A stretch of DNA of 64,000 nucleotides from Octopus sinensis (GCF_006345805.1 NC_043002.1:13206001-13270000), one strand, 5' to 3'; counted from the stretch's first letter, positions 40,333 to 54,214 are shown. Notes: generated from the sequence alone by a model not told the origin. Program-made: numbers and translations.

Positions 40333-41706
40333 ACTTTACCGCACACAGAAATTTTCAGAAATAGCAGCCAAAAATTTGGCTATTTCTTCAACTGCAAGTA
40401 AAAGTCTCCAGACAATGCATACTTTCATTGTTTTTCCCTTATACCTATGTGAGTTATTTTCTGAGTATGCATTGTCTGGAGACTTTTACTTGCAGTTGAA
40501 GAAATAGCCAAATTTTTGGCTGCTATTTCTGAAAAGTTCGGTGTGCGGTAAAGTGAATTTTTTTACTTTACCATATTTTTATAAATTAATACTTCAAATA
40601 TACCGTAAATGGTCCTTTTACATACCGAATACTGCTTGGTCGAATTGATTAACAATTAATTAATTCTACCCTTTTTTACTGACAATATAATGCTTTCTCT
40701 CCAAGAATTTGAACTACAGTTTTCGCCTCTGTAGAAATGCACTACTATATGACTCACGTGGGTGGACAGGGAGAATGATAGATCTCATTTGTATTTTTGG
40801 ATTCGCTAGTACTGGGTGTCCAGCATAGTTTGTCCGATGTTACAGATATCGGATGGGTATGTTTGGTTCTTAGTATTTTCAAATCCAAATCAAAAGAAAT
40901 CTCTGAGCTGATGAAGGAAAAGTGGCGTTTAACCCACGAATCCAGAAACAGGCTGTTCTCGGGTATCTTATATGGATGTGATCTTTCATTGTTTTTCCCT
41001 TATACCTATGTGAGTTATTTTCTGAGTATGCATTGTCTGGAGACTTTTACTTGCAGTTGAAGAAATAGCCAAATTTTTGGCTGCTATTTCTAAAAGTTCG
41101 GTGTGCGGTAAAGTGAATTTTTTTACTTTACCATATTTTTATAAATTAATACTTCAAATATACCGTAAATGGTCCTTTTACATACCGAATACTGCTTGGT
41201 CGAATTGATTAACAATTAATTAATTCTACCCTTTTTTACTGACAATATAATGCTTTCTCTCCAAGAATTTGAACTACAGTTTTCGCCTCTGTAGAAATGC
41301 ACTACTCTATGACTCACGTGGGTGGACAGGGAGAATGATAGATCTCATTTGTATTTTTGGATTCGCTAGTACTGGGTGTCCAGCATAGTTTGTCCGATGT
41401 TACAGATATCGGATGGGTATGTTTGGTTCTTAGTATTTTCAAATCCAAATCAGAAGAAATCTCTGAGCTGATGAAGGAAAAGTGGCGTTTAACCCACGAA
41501 TCCAAACAGGCTGTTCTCAGGTATCTTATATGGATGTGATCTTTCATTGTTTTTCCCTTATAGCTATGTGAGTTATTTTCTGAGTATGCATTGTCTGGAG
41601 ACTTTTACTTGCAGTTGAAGAAATAGCCAAATTTTTGGCTGCTATTTCTGAAAAGTTCGGTGTGCGGTAAAGTGAATTTTTTACTTTACCATTTTTTTAT
41701 AATTTA
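40332..41706 (+). mobile_element. Tandem 560-bp HHR-containing units (about 2.3 copies) with an inverted 5' fragment, inside (TA)n
   Basis: Units start at 40422, 40983 and 41541; 40333-40422 is an inverted copy of about 40464-40554. Confidence 0.85.
40903..40962 (+). ncRNA. Type I hammerhead ribozyme motif
   Basis: ctgag-CTGATGA-a-gga..gtgg..ccac..tcc-a-GAAACAGgCTGTT-ctcgg; second copy 41463-41520 lacks G12. Confidence 0.75.
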
Positions 41707-41716
41707 TATATATATA

Positions 41717-41778
<62 letters not shown>

Positions 41779-41815
41779 CGCAGTCTAATGACTGAAACGG
41801 GTAAAAGATAAAAGA

Positions 41816-41861
<46 letters not shown>

Positions 41862-41863
<2 letters not shown>

Positions 41864-42226
41864 CTTTTATCTTTTACCTGTTTCAGTCATTAGACTGCGG
41901 CCATGCTTAGGCACCGCCTTGAACTTTTACTAAAATTAACCGACCCTAGTACTTACTTATTAAACCTGGTACTTATTCTATCGAACTCTTTTGCCGAACC
42001 GCTAAGTTACGGGGACGTAAACACACCAACACCGTTTGTCAAGTGGTGATGGAGGAACAAACATAGACATGCAAACAGTTTCCGTCTATAAAATTCACAC
42101 ACAAGGCTTTGATCGGCACGAGGATATAGTAAAAGAGGCCTGGCCAGGGTGTCACGCAGTGAGACTGAACTCGGAAGCATATGACTGGGAATCAAGCTTC
42201 TTACCACACAGCCACCCCTGCACCTA
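41862..42226 (-). mobile_element. SINE family C
   Basis: Family match; a short inverted tail copy lies at 41775-41815. Confidence 0.8.
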
Positions 42227-42228
42227 AA

Positions 42229-42261
<33 letters not shown>

Positions 42262-42458
42262 ATATATATATATAATAATATTAGGGAATAAATCCAAACT
42301 TACAGGGAAAAATCAGATTTAGGATTGAATCCAATTTTATAGCAAAATATTATATAATATTAATTAGAGACAAAACCACTATTTTGCAAATCAAGCAAAG
42401 AAAGACTTAATCCAATACATAAAAAAATTTTAATATAAATTAAATAAAATTAAATTCG

Positions 42459-42504
42459 CCACTACAATTGTTTCGTGTCTCTTCTAAGGACATTCATCAG
42501 GTGG
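42459..42504 (-). ncRNA. Type I hammerhead motif in a PLE-like insert (about 42270-42532)
   Basis: ccac-CTGATGA-a-tgtc..gaca-c-GAAAC-aatt-GTA-gtgg; palindromic stem III ACAATTGT. Confidence 0.8.
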
Positions 42505-42684
42505 ATTTCAGATCTTCTATTCAATTTTAAGTTATATATGTCATTATATATATATATATATATGTCATTATATATATATATGTGTGTGTGTGTGTATATA
42601 TACAATTTCAGCGTGGAAGGTGTTTATAAGCCATTTAAGAAACACACAAAATCCGTTCGATTCACTTCAACATTTAAATTTAAC

Positions 42685-42733
42685 TTGTCAAAATATTTTC
42701 GTCGCTTTGAGACCGTGAACTGTTCACTGACAA
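42685..42733 (-). ncRNA. Hammerhead motif with G3-C8 swapped core, between 37-bp inverted repeats (insert about 42601-42852)
   Basis: ttgtca-GTGAACA-gtt...gac-GAAA-atat-TT-tgacaa; inverted repeats 42609-42645 and 42751-42787; a related copy at about 43850-44020 lacks this segment. Confidence 0.6.
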
Positions 42734-44207
42734 AATTCCGTGCTGCATCCGTGTTTCTTAAATGGCTTATAAACACCTTCCACGCTGCAATTGTTTTCCT
42801 TCCAGCACACGATCTCAGATCAAGCCACTTGCTATGCAAGTACATCTCCCTAATATATATATATGTCATTATATTAGTGTGTGTAAATGGCTAAGTATTC
42901 GACACCTGACCTTCTAGAGATAGCAGTCAGTTTCCTTCAAATCATATGTCTGCTTCTGTAGAATTGATCTGGAGACTAGACAAATGCCACAATAAATGTC
43001 TTTGTAATTTTTTACTTCATTTTTTATGCTTTTTTTAACCTTTTTTATTATTATTAATGTTAACACGTTTTCGCTTCGAAATTGCTTATAACACGTTTCT
43101 GGAGTTGATGAAACAATTATTAATGGCGCAGAAGCAACCGTTCAATTGATTTATATTCCTTTGCAGCAAAATTGTGACATTGTTCCTTTATGATAATCAA
43201 TTATAAAGACATTTAATAAATGTATGTGCTGTCCCGTTTTTGTCTTTATTTCCGTTCATTTGTTTCAGTGTGAATTTATAACGGCCAATTTCATCTCTGT
43301 AGAGGGAAATCGATGACTTTTCCAAGTTTTGCAGGGCTTCACAGTGCCTCTCTCTTTCTCTCTCCCTATCTCTCTCTTTCTCGCTCTCTATCCACCTATC
43401 TTTCTCTCTGTCTATCACACACCCTCATACATACACACTCACTCACGCATGCGCACAGCCTTAGCAAAGGAAGCAGGTTGGTTCAGCACGGTAATTTAAC
43501 GTATCAGAGGTGAAGTCTTATAAAAACCAATAGCGGGAAGATTAAAAACCGCGTTTTTATTATAGCATTTAACAATTAAAGGTCTTCATTAGAAATACAA
43601 TGCAACGCCAATATCTACGAACTGTCAGTTCTTGGCATATCATCCGATAATCTATCATCGACCAGCCCGCCTCTGTTTACTTCAGCGTAACATACTGGAT
43701 CAAACCGAGATGTAGATGGAAACACAACACAGAGGTCAATGTCCAACTGTAGCTATTTTTAACTATATCTAAGTCACAAGACATAATAATGGCCTGCCGG
43801 CAAAAAATATGTTTTTCTGAACTCTTGGATTTTTTTTTTTTTCCTTCTATTTCATGTGTGGAAGGTGTTTATAAGTCATTTAAGAAACACACAAAAACCG
43901 TTAGATTCACTTCAACATTTAAATTTAATTTGCCGAACCCTAACACCTTCCACGCTGCAATTGTTTTCGTTCCAGCACACGATCTCAAATCAGGTCACTT
44001 GCTATGCAAGTACATCTCCATAAGAGGATGTCTTTCTCGAAATATTGTAGGACCATTGCCCAACATAAGTAAGACAATATATTTCGTTTCTTTGCTTTTC
44101 GTTATTGACGTAACCTTATATATTTTTCCTCACTCCATACCTGCATTGCTCAAAAGTTTATTTATTTATTTACATACTATTTTTTTATTGCAATATTCAA
44201 CTCATTT

Positions 44208-45310
44208 AAGGTGGCGAGCTGGCAGAATCGTTAGCATGCCGGGCAAAATGTCTAGCAGCATTTCGTCCGTTTACGTTCTAGTTCAATTCCGCCGAGGTTG
44301 ACTTTGTTTTTCATCTTTTCGAGATTGGTAAAATTAGTACCAGCTAAATACTGAGTCGATGTAATCGACTTATACCCTCCCTCTTTTATTGCTGGCCTTG
44401 TACCAAAATTTGAAATCGATATTCAAATCTTTTATAAAAATAACTCATTTTATGATTGTGACAGAGTTATTTTTTGAGCTCAGATCAACTGTGATCTTAG
44501 TTTAGATCAATCCGAGTTCAACTTTACCTTGTATATTTCAGATGTGGAGAAAAAAAGTACAAGTGAAGTACTAGGGTCCATATAATTCATTTGTCTCTGC
44601 CTACGAAGTGTATAATCCTCAGCCAAAATCAGAAATCAGTGCTCATCTAACCAGTAGATGAGCAAAGAGTTCCAACCGTGACCATCTTGTACATTATTGA
44701 ATGTCTACTTCCTTATTAAGGCGGCGAGCTGGCAGAAACGTTAGCATGCCGGGCGAAATGCTTAGCAGTATTTCGTCTGCTGTTACTTTCTGAGTTCAAA
44801 TTCCGCTGAGGTCTACTTTGCCTTTCATCTTTTTGGGGTCGATAAATTAAGTGCCAGTTACGCATTGGGGTCGATATAATCGACTTAATCTGTTTGTCTG
44901 TCCTTGTTCGTCCCCTCTGTGTTTAATCCCTTGTGGGTAGTAAAGAAATAGGTATTTCGTCTGTCTTTACGTTGTGAGTTCAAATTCCGCCGAGGTCGAC
45001 TTTGCCTTTCATTCTTTCGGGGTTGATAAATAAGTACCAGTTGCGTACTGGGGTCGATCTAATCGACTTCGCCCACCCTTCTCAAAAAATGTGGGCCTTG
45101 TGCCTAGAGTAGAAAAGAATTGTTAGCAAGCTGAACAAAATGCGCAGTAGCATTTCACCCATCTTTACATTCTGAGTTCAAACTCTGCAGAAGCCGACTG
45201 CCTTTCGTCCTTTCGGGTTCGATAAAATAAGTAATAGTTGATCCCTGGGGTTAATGTAATCGACTTGTACCCTCCCTTCAATTTCCAAGCCCTGTACCTG
45301 TAATAGAATG
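44208..45310 (+). mobile_element. Cluster of family N SINEs
   Basis: Copies at about 44208-44420, 44480-44640 (old), 44719-45120 and 45121-45310. Confidence 0.85.
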
Positions 45311-46095
45311 GATTTTAAATTCAGAAATACTAAAGACACCACGGAAAACACCTTCAAAGGAAATTTAAAATTACATTTTAATGAAAGTCAGCTTTGCTTA
45401 ATTTGGAAAACCCCACAGATGCCAGTTGGTACTAATTACGAGGCAATTCTTAATCGTTTTGCAGGACTATCATTCGTAAGTCTAGCATGGAGCTAATGTC
45501 TGACTAAATTTAATCTTTAAAATTGCTCACTTTTTTGTTTGAAAACAGTGACACAATTTTCAGTGCGTGGTTTCTGAAAAGTCAATATTTCCTCCGTATT
45601 TATATAGCATTTATATAATTCTGAAGTAGAATTCTGAAATAGATTAACTATTTAATTTGAAATTATAATGTAATTAACGCGAATTGCAAGAGATTAAGAG
45701 CTCCATCTAGATTCAAATTAGAATGCTTTTTACATATTCATAATTTAAGTTCATAGTTTTGAAAATTTCCAAACCTTTTACGAAATTGACCAGTGACTCG
45801 CGTATGTTATAAATTCATGTCGTCTAAAAGACGGAGATGTTCTCTGAAGACGAAAAGCAACACAGCGTTCAGATATTCACATTCGATTCAACTAGAAGGT
45901 ATTAAGAATGGGGTTCGAACATTGTAAATTATTGTAAACAAAAAGAATAATGTAAAATGAATTGATGAACAAACAAGTATTTAAAATGTTACTTTTTCTT
46001 GAAAGAAAAGGACACATATGAACGTTCATTTTAAAGCCAGGAAACGAAAGGAAAGGTCACGGTTTCGCATTGTAGCGAAACTAGAGGTGGTTTTG

Positions 46096-46225
46096 AGTTT
46101 AATTGTAAAGTATATTTGTAAAGTTAATTGTAAAGTTTAATCATAAAGTGTATTTGTAAAGTTTAATCGTAAAGTTAATTGTCAAGTTTAATCGTAAAGT
46201 TAATTGTAAAGCTTAATTGTAAAGG
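46096..46225. repeat. 13-14 bp minisatellite (GTTTAATTGTAAA-like)
   Basis: Read directly. Confidence 0.8.
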
Positions 46226-46825
46226 TATTCACGCAGCGGGGGCGAGATGGCCCTCTCATTTGCATCATAATTATTTTCATTTCATTATCCTTTTCCATTC
46301 GTCTTTATGTCCCCGCATGTCAGTTGTATGTCCCTCTATATTCAGGCCTTGTGCCTATAATAAAGAGAAAAGCCGGTATTAAGAATGATTGTTTGGATTC
46401 TTGCTACTCTGTGTGCACCACATAAAGTTCTTTCTGCTATAGGGACAAGGCCTGAAATTTTGGAGGTGGGGGCCAGGTGATTACACCGACGCCAGTGTTC
46501 AATAGGTTCTTATTTCATCGATCCCAAAATAATGAAAGGCAAAATAGATCTCGGCAGAATTTGAACTCAGAACGTAAAGCCGGAAGAAATGACGGCGAAG
46601 CTTTTTGCCCTGTTCACCACCTTAGTGAAATTTTTTTAAATTAAAAATAAAAATAAAACACTTTTTGCTGAATTGTGAAGGTGCCTGGCCTTAGTAGTAA
46701 GGGTTTTGTACTCACGATCTCAAGGTCGTACTTTCGATTCCCAGAACGGACGGTAATTTTTGCTCTTGAGCAAAACAACGTCAATTAAGGCTACTCCACT
46801 GAACTCAATGATAAATGAATAACCC

Positions 46826-47047
46826 GGCGAGCTGGCAGAAAGGTTAGCACGCCGGGCGAAATGCTTAGCGGTATTTCGTCTGCGTTACGTTGTGAGTTCA
46901 ACGAGGTCGACTTTGCCTTTCATCCTTTCGGGGTCGATAAATTAAGTACCAGTTACGCACTGGGGTCGATGTAATCGACTTAATACCTATGTCTGTCCTT
47001 GTTTGTCCCCTCTGTGTTTAGCCCCTTGTGGGTAATAAAGAAATAGG
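46826..47047 (+). mobile_element. SINE family N with TSD, nested in an older SINE
   Basis: TAAATGAATAACCCGGCGA at 46812 and 47048. Confidence 0.88.
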
Positions 47048-47469
47048 TAAATGAATAACCCGGCGATACGTTGATATCCTCTTCGATGGGGACAGTTCAG
47101 TTGTGATCTCTGCCCCTCATACGCCATGGAAATTGGGTAACCAGGCCCAAGATTCTGAAAACTTAAGACAATACTTACTTCTGCTGAATTACTTCCATTT
47201 AAAAGATTTTCACCTCTTAATAGTCCAATCCATTGATTTTCCCTTTTTAAGCAAATAAGACTCTAGTTCTTCATTTAAGCAGAAATACCATCGTTGGCTT
47301 GATTGTGGTTTGGTTTATAACAAAGTTGGTGCATCTCTGCCTTAAATAATAAGATTCTGGCCTCGTTCTTAACTGAACAGATAATTATCAGCTTATCGGT
47401 TGTTATTATACACTGATGGTCAAAATGCGCTTTTTCGTACTTGCGGTTTTCGAATGATGCCACACCTGT

Positions 47470-47700
47470 TTCTTTACGACCCAGAAGAGGCTAAACACAG
47501 AGAGGACAAAGAAGGACAGACAAACGGATTAAGTCGATTATATCGACTCGAGTACGCAACTGGTACTTAATTTATCGACCCCGAAAGGATGAAAGGCAAA
47601 GTCGACTACGGCGGAATTTGAACTCAGAACGTAACAGCAGACGAAGTACGGCTACACATTTCGCCCGGCGTGCTGACGTTTCTACCAGCTTGACGCCTTA
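47470..47700 (-). mobile_element. SINE family N
   Basis: Family match. Confidence 0.85.
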
Positions 47701-49901
47701 TGCTACACCTCAATGCCACACCGCTGGTTCGACAGGCAGGCCACGTTTCGGCCGCAGAGTCCTCCATTTACAGGTGAGTGGACTGAAGCAACCGCTGATC
47801 TAGGAATCGAATGCATGATCTTGAGTGCAACGCGCTAACCACTCGGCCACGCACCTTCACGAACGTTAATTATAAATGTAGAAATATGAGACCAGAAACG
47901 CATAATAAGGCCGAATCATAAAACAAAATCAGATTAATAGTCTGGAAATCCATTACACTCTAGAAACAATTCATCACTAAAATAAAAAAAAAACTGCTGA
48001 TATTTTTATTTATTTATTTATTTTAGGAAACGTTTATTGTTTTTCTGGTGGCTTCTATTTGGCATTCATCTCTTCCCTTGCAGCATCTAACACGAAATAA
48101 ACGGATCTGTCAATAAATAGACAGTGATCAATTTGTTAGCTAGCTCCATTGAGGACATCGATCAAAAGATTTGTGCTCGAGAATGAAGAATGTGTGTATG
48201 TGTGTGAGTGCATGTGCGCGTGTGTGTGTGTGTGTGTGTGCGTGTGTGTGAGTTGTATCTATTTTGTATGTGGATGTGTATGTGTGTGCGTGAGTGAGTG
48301 ATTGTGGGAAAGCGTATAGCTATGGATGTGTTGGTCCTTTTAATTAAACATCAAAATGAAGAATAGGAATAAGAGTGAGTAATGAAAGATTATCGAGTAC
48401 GAAGAGGAAGAGCAAGGAGCGAGAAAGAGAGAGAGAGAGAGAGAAGGGGGGAAGAGATGGAGTGAGAGAAAGAAAGAAACAGATACGAAAATTGAGGAAG
48501 GAGCGAGAGGGAGAGGCAGAGTGAGAGGGAAAGAGTAAGAAGGGAAGAAAAAAAGTAGGTAGAGAGAGAAAGATATACACAGCGACAAACCGGAAGTGGG
48601 CGAGAGAGAGATGGAGAGATGGAGAGTTGGATGCTGGGAATGAAAATAGGACACAGGAGGTGAAAAATAGAAAAATATCATAGCTAAATAGACAGACAGC
48701 TATTTAGTTAGATAGATAGATAGATAGATAGATAGATATGTTTCTTTATTAGCCACACAGGGCTGCACACAGACAGGACAAATTACAAGGTAGAGCTTTT
48801 CTTTTGGGGGTAAAAAAAGGGGGTTTGGTTTTCGATCAAAAGGGATCGTAAAGGGAAAGAAAGAGGACAAAAAATAGGGGGAATAAAATTTAAAAAAAAA
48901 AAGATAGATAGATAGACGGACGGACAGATTGACAGACAGGTAGATAGTTAGATAAATAGATAGATAAACAGATAGATATACATAAATATGCATGTATATA
49001 TATGCATATACATACATATATACACGCATACATACATGTGTATGTGTGTGAGAGAGACAGACAGAGACAGAGAATGTGTGTGTGTGTGCGTGCGGACGCA
49101 CGTGAGCTGGAAAACATTCATGGAGTAGTGTTCAAATAAATGGCTTTTAACCACATTCTTTCGATAATATTACTTGACTTCACCTAACGGATCCACAAGA
49201 GTTTGTGATATTCCGCGCAGCTACGTCATTTGGGGCCTATATTTTATGATAAACTTGGTTATGGCATAAGCCATTGTTCACCCGAAACAGCTGTAAGGAT
49301 TAGCCTATTTCATAAATACTTTTGTTTATTTTGTATTCTTTATTTCGTTCTCTGACTATTGTATTCCATTTAAACATACCTATTACAACTACTTGTGTTT
49401 ATCTGCCTTTCTGCTTATATAAATGTATGTGTATGTATGTGTATGTGTGTACCTGTGTGTGTGAGTGCACGCACACACACAAGCATATTTCGTTTCATGC
49501 ATAGAAGCGATCTACGTTACCAAATCTTCGACTCGAGTCAAACAAAACAAACGACTCCAAATTTTTATTCATGTATCCGCATCAGTTGAATTGGGATAGA
49601 ATAGTTTGTAGTCATCGAGTCATATTAAGTAGAATAATGAGCTCAAACCAAATAAATGATGTTTTGAAAGCGTTTCAGGTCATTCCGCAATAGATAATAG
49701 GATGTTTCTATATTCATAACGTAATGAACTGAAAAGTACGTAATAAATTCTTTCAAAATATCATTATTCAGTTTAACTTAATTATTATACTATATATATA
49801 TATATATAAATGCATATACATATATAATAGATACACCGGAGTAAGCACGTAAATGTGAAACAAGGTGGAAAAGAGAGTACTCAAATACCAGAATCTAACA
49901 C

Positions 49902-49943
49902 AACTGCCCGACGAACGGGAACGTGAAACTCTGAGTAACAGTT
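49902..49943 (+). ncRNA. Hammerhead motif with CCGACGA core (second copy; insert about 49828-49978)
   Basis: aactgc-CCGACGA-acgggaacgt-GAAACTctgAGTA-acagtt. Confidence 0.65.
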
Positions 49944-50006
49944 TTTTTGTGATATTTCTGCTGCTTTTAAATAAAGTATATAATAGATAGATAGATAGAT
50001 AGATAG

Positions 50007-50056
<50 letters not shown>

Positions 50057-50449
50057 TTCGGCAGGCAAGCAGGCAAAGAGGAAATTGATGTATACAAATG
50101 TATGTCTTTCTGCATCTGCTGTGGTTCAGAGTGCGTGCGTAGGAAATATACGTATATTTCCACTCATACATCAAATTACACTATGGATATACACTCTGTT
50201 TATAACATCTGTATAGACTTTCTCATTGTTCTCTATATAAGCACAAATGTAATTCTTTCTTAAACAAATTGCAATTCATATTCGAGGCTCCGATGAAGCT
50301 GTAATGTCTTATCGAGGTTCTCAACAATGATTCCACTGCATCGTAAGGCAGAAGTAACTGTAAGCTGGGGAAACTCATAAGATAATTATTCATTCCTTTG
50401 CACCTCTCTTTTACATGCATACGTGCATACATACATTGATGGAAAAAAG

Positions 50450-50772
50450 GAGCACTCCGTCGGTTACGACGACGAGGGCTGCAGCTGATACGATCAGCGG
50501 AACAGCCTGCTCGTGAAATTAACGTGCAAGTGACCTAGCACTCCACAGACACGTGTATCCTTAACGTAGTCCTCGAGGAGATTGAGCGTGACACAGAGTG
50601 TGACAAAGCCGGCCCCTTGAAATAAGGTACAACTCATTTTTGCCAGCTGAGTGGACTGGAGCAACGTTAAATAAAGTGGCTTGCTCGAGGACAGAACGCT
50701 CCGCCGGGAATTGAACTCACAACCTTACGATCATGAGCCGAATGCCCCAAACCACTAAACCACGCGCCTTCA
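50450..50772 (-). mobile_element. Chimeric SINE: family B-type head with family A tail
   Basis: Tail ...GTCGTCGTAACCGACGGAGTGC of family A joined to a B-type head and CORE-like segment. Confidence 0.8.
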
Positions 50773-50784
50773 CACATACATGCA

Positions 50785-51426
50785 TTCTTTTATTATTTTA
50801 CTTGTTTCAGTCATTTAACTGCAGCCATACTGGAGCACCGCCTTTAGTCGAACAAATCTACTCCAGAACTTATTCTTTGCAAGCCTAGTGCTTATTCTAT
50901 TGTTCAGTTCTGCCGAACCGCTATGTTACGGGGTTGTAAACACACCAACATCGGTTGTCAAGCGATATTCGAGGGACAAATACAGACACATAAATACATA
51001 CAGTAATCCCTCCACTATCGCGGGTGTTACGTTCCAAATTCTCCCGCGATAGGTGAAAATCCACAAAACAGAAACAGTACTGTACAGTATATGTTTTTAT
51101 ATTATTTTTTAATATTTTCTTCATAATTCGTATGCATTTATTTTATAATAAATGCAAAACAACTCCACGGAAGAATCGACGTAAGCTTAAATAATAAACC
51201 GCGAACGGTGAACCGCAATAGGTGAACCGCGATAGGTGAACCACGATATGGCGAGGGATTACTGTATATATATTTTTTCGACGGGCTTCTTTCAGTTTCC
51301 GTCTATCAAATCCACTCACAAGGCTATAGTAAAAGACACTTGTCCAAGGTGCCACACAGTGGAACTGAACCCGGCACCATGTGGTTGGGAAGCAAGCTTC
51401 TTACCATACAGCCACTCCTGTGCCTA
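50785..51426 (-). mobile_element. SINE family C interrupted by a MITE
   Basis: Family C halves flank 51001-51264. Confidence 0.85.
51001..51264. mobile_element. pogo/Tigger-like MITE
   Basis: TIRs CAGTAATCCCTC / GAGGGATTACTG with TA on both sides; subterminal GGTGAACCGC repeats. Confidence 0.9.
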
Positions 51427-51526
51427 AAGGATATACGGCCATATATATATATATATACATACAGACATGCACACACACACACACATGTATATATATACAT
51501 ATAAATACACACATATATATATATAT

Positions 51527-51556
<30 letters not shown>

Positions 51557-51557
<1 letters not shown>

Positions 51558-52177
51558 AAATAGTAAAAAGTGAAAAAACTACAGAAGGCTTGTTTTAAAA
51601 GGTTAAAAAATATATATTTGAGTCAATATGTCTGAAGAATATTATAAATTTTTTTCTTACAATGACATAATTTAGAAGAAATGACCGGTTTCGCGTTTAG
51701 CTTTTCAAATTTCTTACATCGTTATGTTTATGTTGAGAAGAGTTATCGTTATGTTTATGTTGAGAGGAGTCTAATTAGACTAAACAAGGAAACATTCTTC
51801 ATTGAAAAGTACAAGCCCAGACTTAACCATTCCAACATACTTATACAGAGAAATCACCCCAAAGGAAAGGCAAAAAATGTTAAACGATTATCTCCCTTAC
51901 ACCGGAATAAATCACTTATTACCTCCCCTTATTTAGAACTCTCCTCAACATAAACATAACGATAACTCTTCTCAACATTAACATAACGATGTAAGAAATT
52001 TGAAAAGCTAAACGCGAAACCGGTCATTTCTTCTAAGAAAAAAATTTATAATATTTTTCAGACATATTGACTCAAATATATATTTTTTAACCTTTTAAAA
52101 CAAGCCTTCTGTAGTTTTTTCACTTTTTACTATTTTCTATATATTCAACCACGTGCTTTCACAAACCAACTTTCTCA

Positions 52178-52180
<3 letters not shown>
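51557..52180 (+). mobile_element. 5'-truncated Penelope-like element with inverted terminal-repeat copy
   Basis: PLE-type endonuclease C-terminus RLNKETFFIEKYKPRLN at about 51777-51828; 51557-51770 is inverted relative to 51941-52136; flanked by (TA)n. Confidence 0.85.
51993..52032 (+). ncRNA. Hammerhead motif with U3-A8 core (identical inverted copy at 51676-51715)
   Basis: aagaaat-TTGAAAA-gc-taaac-gc-GAAAC-cg-GTC-atttctt; 7-bp stem I, palindromic ACCGGT stem III, GUC triplet. Confidence 0.78.
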
Positions 52181-52239
<59 letters not shown>

Positions 52240-52421
52240 CACACACATATGATTGGAAAGCAAGACTTTTAACTGCCCGACCATACTGTCTTTGTGTTTT
52301 CATATAAGGAATACGTCATAGTTACTGAAAACAAATTCGCCGAAAACACATTAGTCGAAGCCATGTTGATCGAGAGCATATTGACCGAAAGAGAAAAAAA
52401 CATATTCGTCGAATATAAAAG

Positions 52422-52652
52422 GGTAAAGACCCCCTTCGGTCATGAATGACCATGGGATTGCACCTAGAAAGTTACCCTCCTAGACACAAGTCCGGGCAAG
52501 GTTGTTTATGGAAGACCAGCAGTCGCCCATGCATACCGCCCTCCCCTCTCCACGCCACCAGTGTTATCCAAGGGAAAGACAAAGGTCGATACAGCTTGGA
52601 ACCAGTGACGTCGTAACTCATCTCTACAGCTGAGTGAACTGGAGCAACGTGA
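52422..52652 (-). mobile_element. SINE family B, 3' part
   Basis: Family match. Confidence 0.85.
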
Positions 52653-52989
52653 TACATAAAAAAATAAAAATTTGTAGAACACACACAAAAAACATGAAAG
52701 CTTAATTTCTAGTATGATTTTTTTTTTATTAATGATAAAAACATTTTTCAAGGAATATATTTTTAAAATATTTTCAAGTTACTTGGATGAGGTCAGAATA
52801 TAAATATAGAGAGAAATACGCTGACTTATCTATTTTTTCAGCAACTAATTATAACTTCAAAAACGATAAGACGTTATTTTTAATGAAATATCATTTCGTG
52901 TGTGGGAGTGGGAGTATGTGTGTAGGTGGGGTGACCAGTCACATGCTTGGTAGCAAGGTTGAGAAGGGAAACGTCTTTTACATCATCTT

Positions 52990-53680
52990 ATAAACCATCA
53001 GAAGATCATGCAGTTTTTTTTTTTTATTGTCCCAGATATCGTAATCCTTTGTAGCGTATGCATTAAGACGTTCTATTCTCTATCCAATAACCCAAGTTCG
53101 CCTTATTTTTGGCCCCAGGTGAATTAGTATATATCCTGCTGCTCCAACGATAATAGGTACGAAGCTGAAAGTGTGTCTTGGGTACTGGGTATGCAAACTT
53201 CTTATCAGTAAGTCAGAGATGTTCGCTTTATCCTGTATTTTTCTAACTATATTGGTGTCCAAAGGGCACACAACAGAACGTATCTTTGTATATGTTTTCG
53301 TGTGTGCGAGTGCGCATGTATGTGTATGTGTTTGTGTTTGCGTTTGTGTGTGTGTATGTGTGTGTGTGTGTGTGTGGTGTGTGTGTATGTGTGTGTGTGG
53401 TTCCACACAATAACGTCTGGCTAGTTGTGTTTAAAATTAGTAGCTGTTTAATTTTCAAGTTCCACCGATATTCCCTTGATCTGTGCGTCTTAATATTGTC
53501 AGCTTTTGCTGATGGGTATATGTACCTTAACATGTACGTGTCTAGTATGCATTTCACTGCGAGAGTATGAAGCAGTGAAATGCATTATTCGAGGACGACA
53601 CGAAGAACCCAGTTAACTCCTCATTTTTGGTTAATCCGATTGACAAGAGGAGTTATTGATTCTGTAGGTGCATGACTGAG
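52990..53680 (-). mobile_element. Decayed restriction-endonuclease-type LINE C-terminal fragment
   Basis: VVCPLDTNIVRKIQDK...YPRHTFSFVPIIVGAAGY resembles R4-clade C-termini. Confidence 0.6.
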
Positions 53681-53691
53681 TGGATAGAGCG

Positions 53692-54015
53692 ACGGCGCAT
53701 GGCTCAGTGGTTAGAGCTTCGGGCTCAGAGTCATAAGGTAGTGAGTTTGATTCCCGGACCGGGCTGTGAGTTGTGTTGCGTTGTGTTCTTGAGCTCACCT
53801 GTAGAAATAAGACGCGATGTCACTGGGGTCAAGCTGTATAGACCCTTTTGCCATTCCCTTTCCCTTGGATAACATCTGTCGCATGGAGAGGAGAGGCTGG
53901 TATGCGTGGGCGACTACTAGTCTTCCATAAACAACCTTGCCGGACTTGTGTCTCGGAGGGTAACTTTCTAGGTGCAATCCCATGGTCATTCATGACCGAA
54001 AGGGGTCTTTACCTT
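53692..54015 (+). mobile_element. SINE family B
   Basis: Family match. Confidence 0.85.
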
Positions 54016-54214
54016 TTAACATCCCAGGTCATCCATTTTCAGATGGCCTACTGTCAAAAACATCTCAGCTATGAGGTAACCGTCCTACTCTCGGGGATTA
54101 CGTACCAGATACTACATTATCCAATGTGTTGCCCTCTTTTAAAAAAGTAAGTTGTAATATGAATTAAGATTTAGCTGTCATTTCTAGCCGGCAAGGATTT
54201 CTCAAAATTTGTTT

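Noticed and set aside
40797-41547. ORFs within the 560-bp tandem units
   Set aside because: Short, lengths differ between copies, and no RT or GIY-YIG motifs.
47275-47463. 62-aa ORF in unique sequence
   Set aside because: No motif and a poor splice acceptor.
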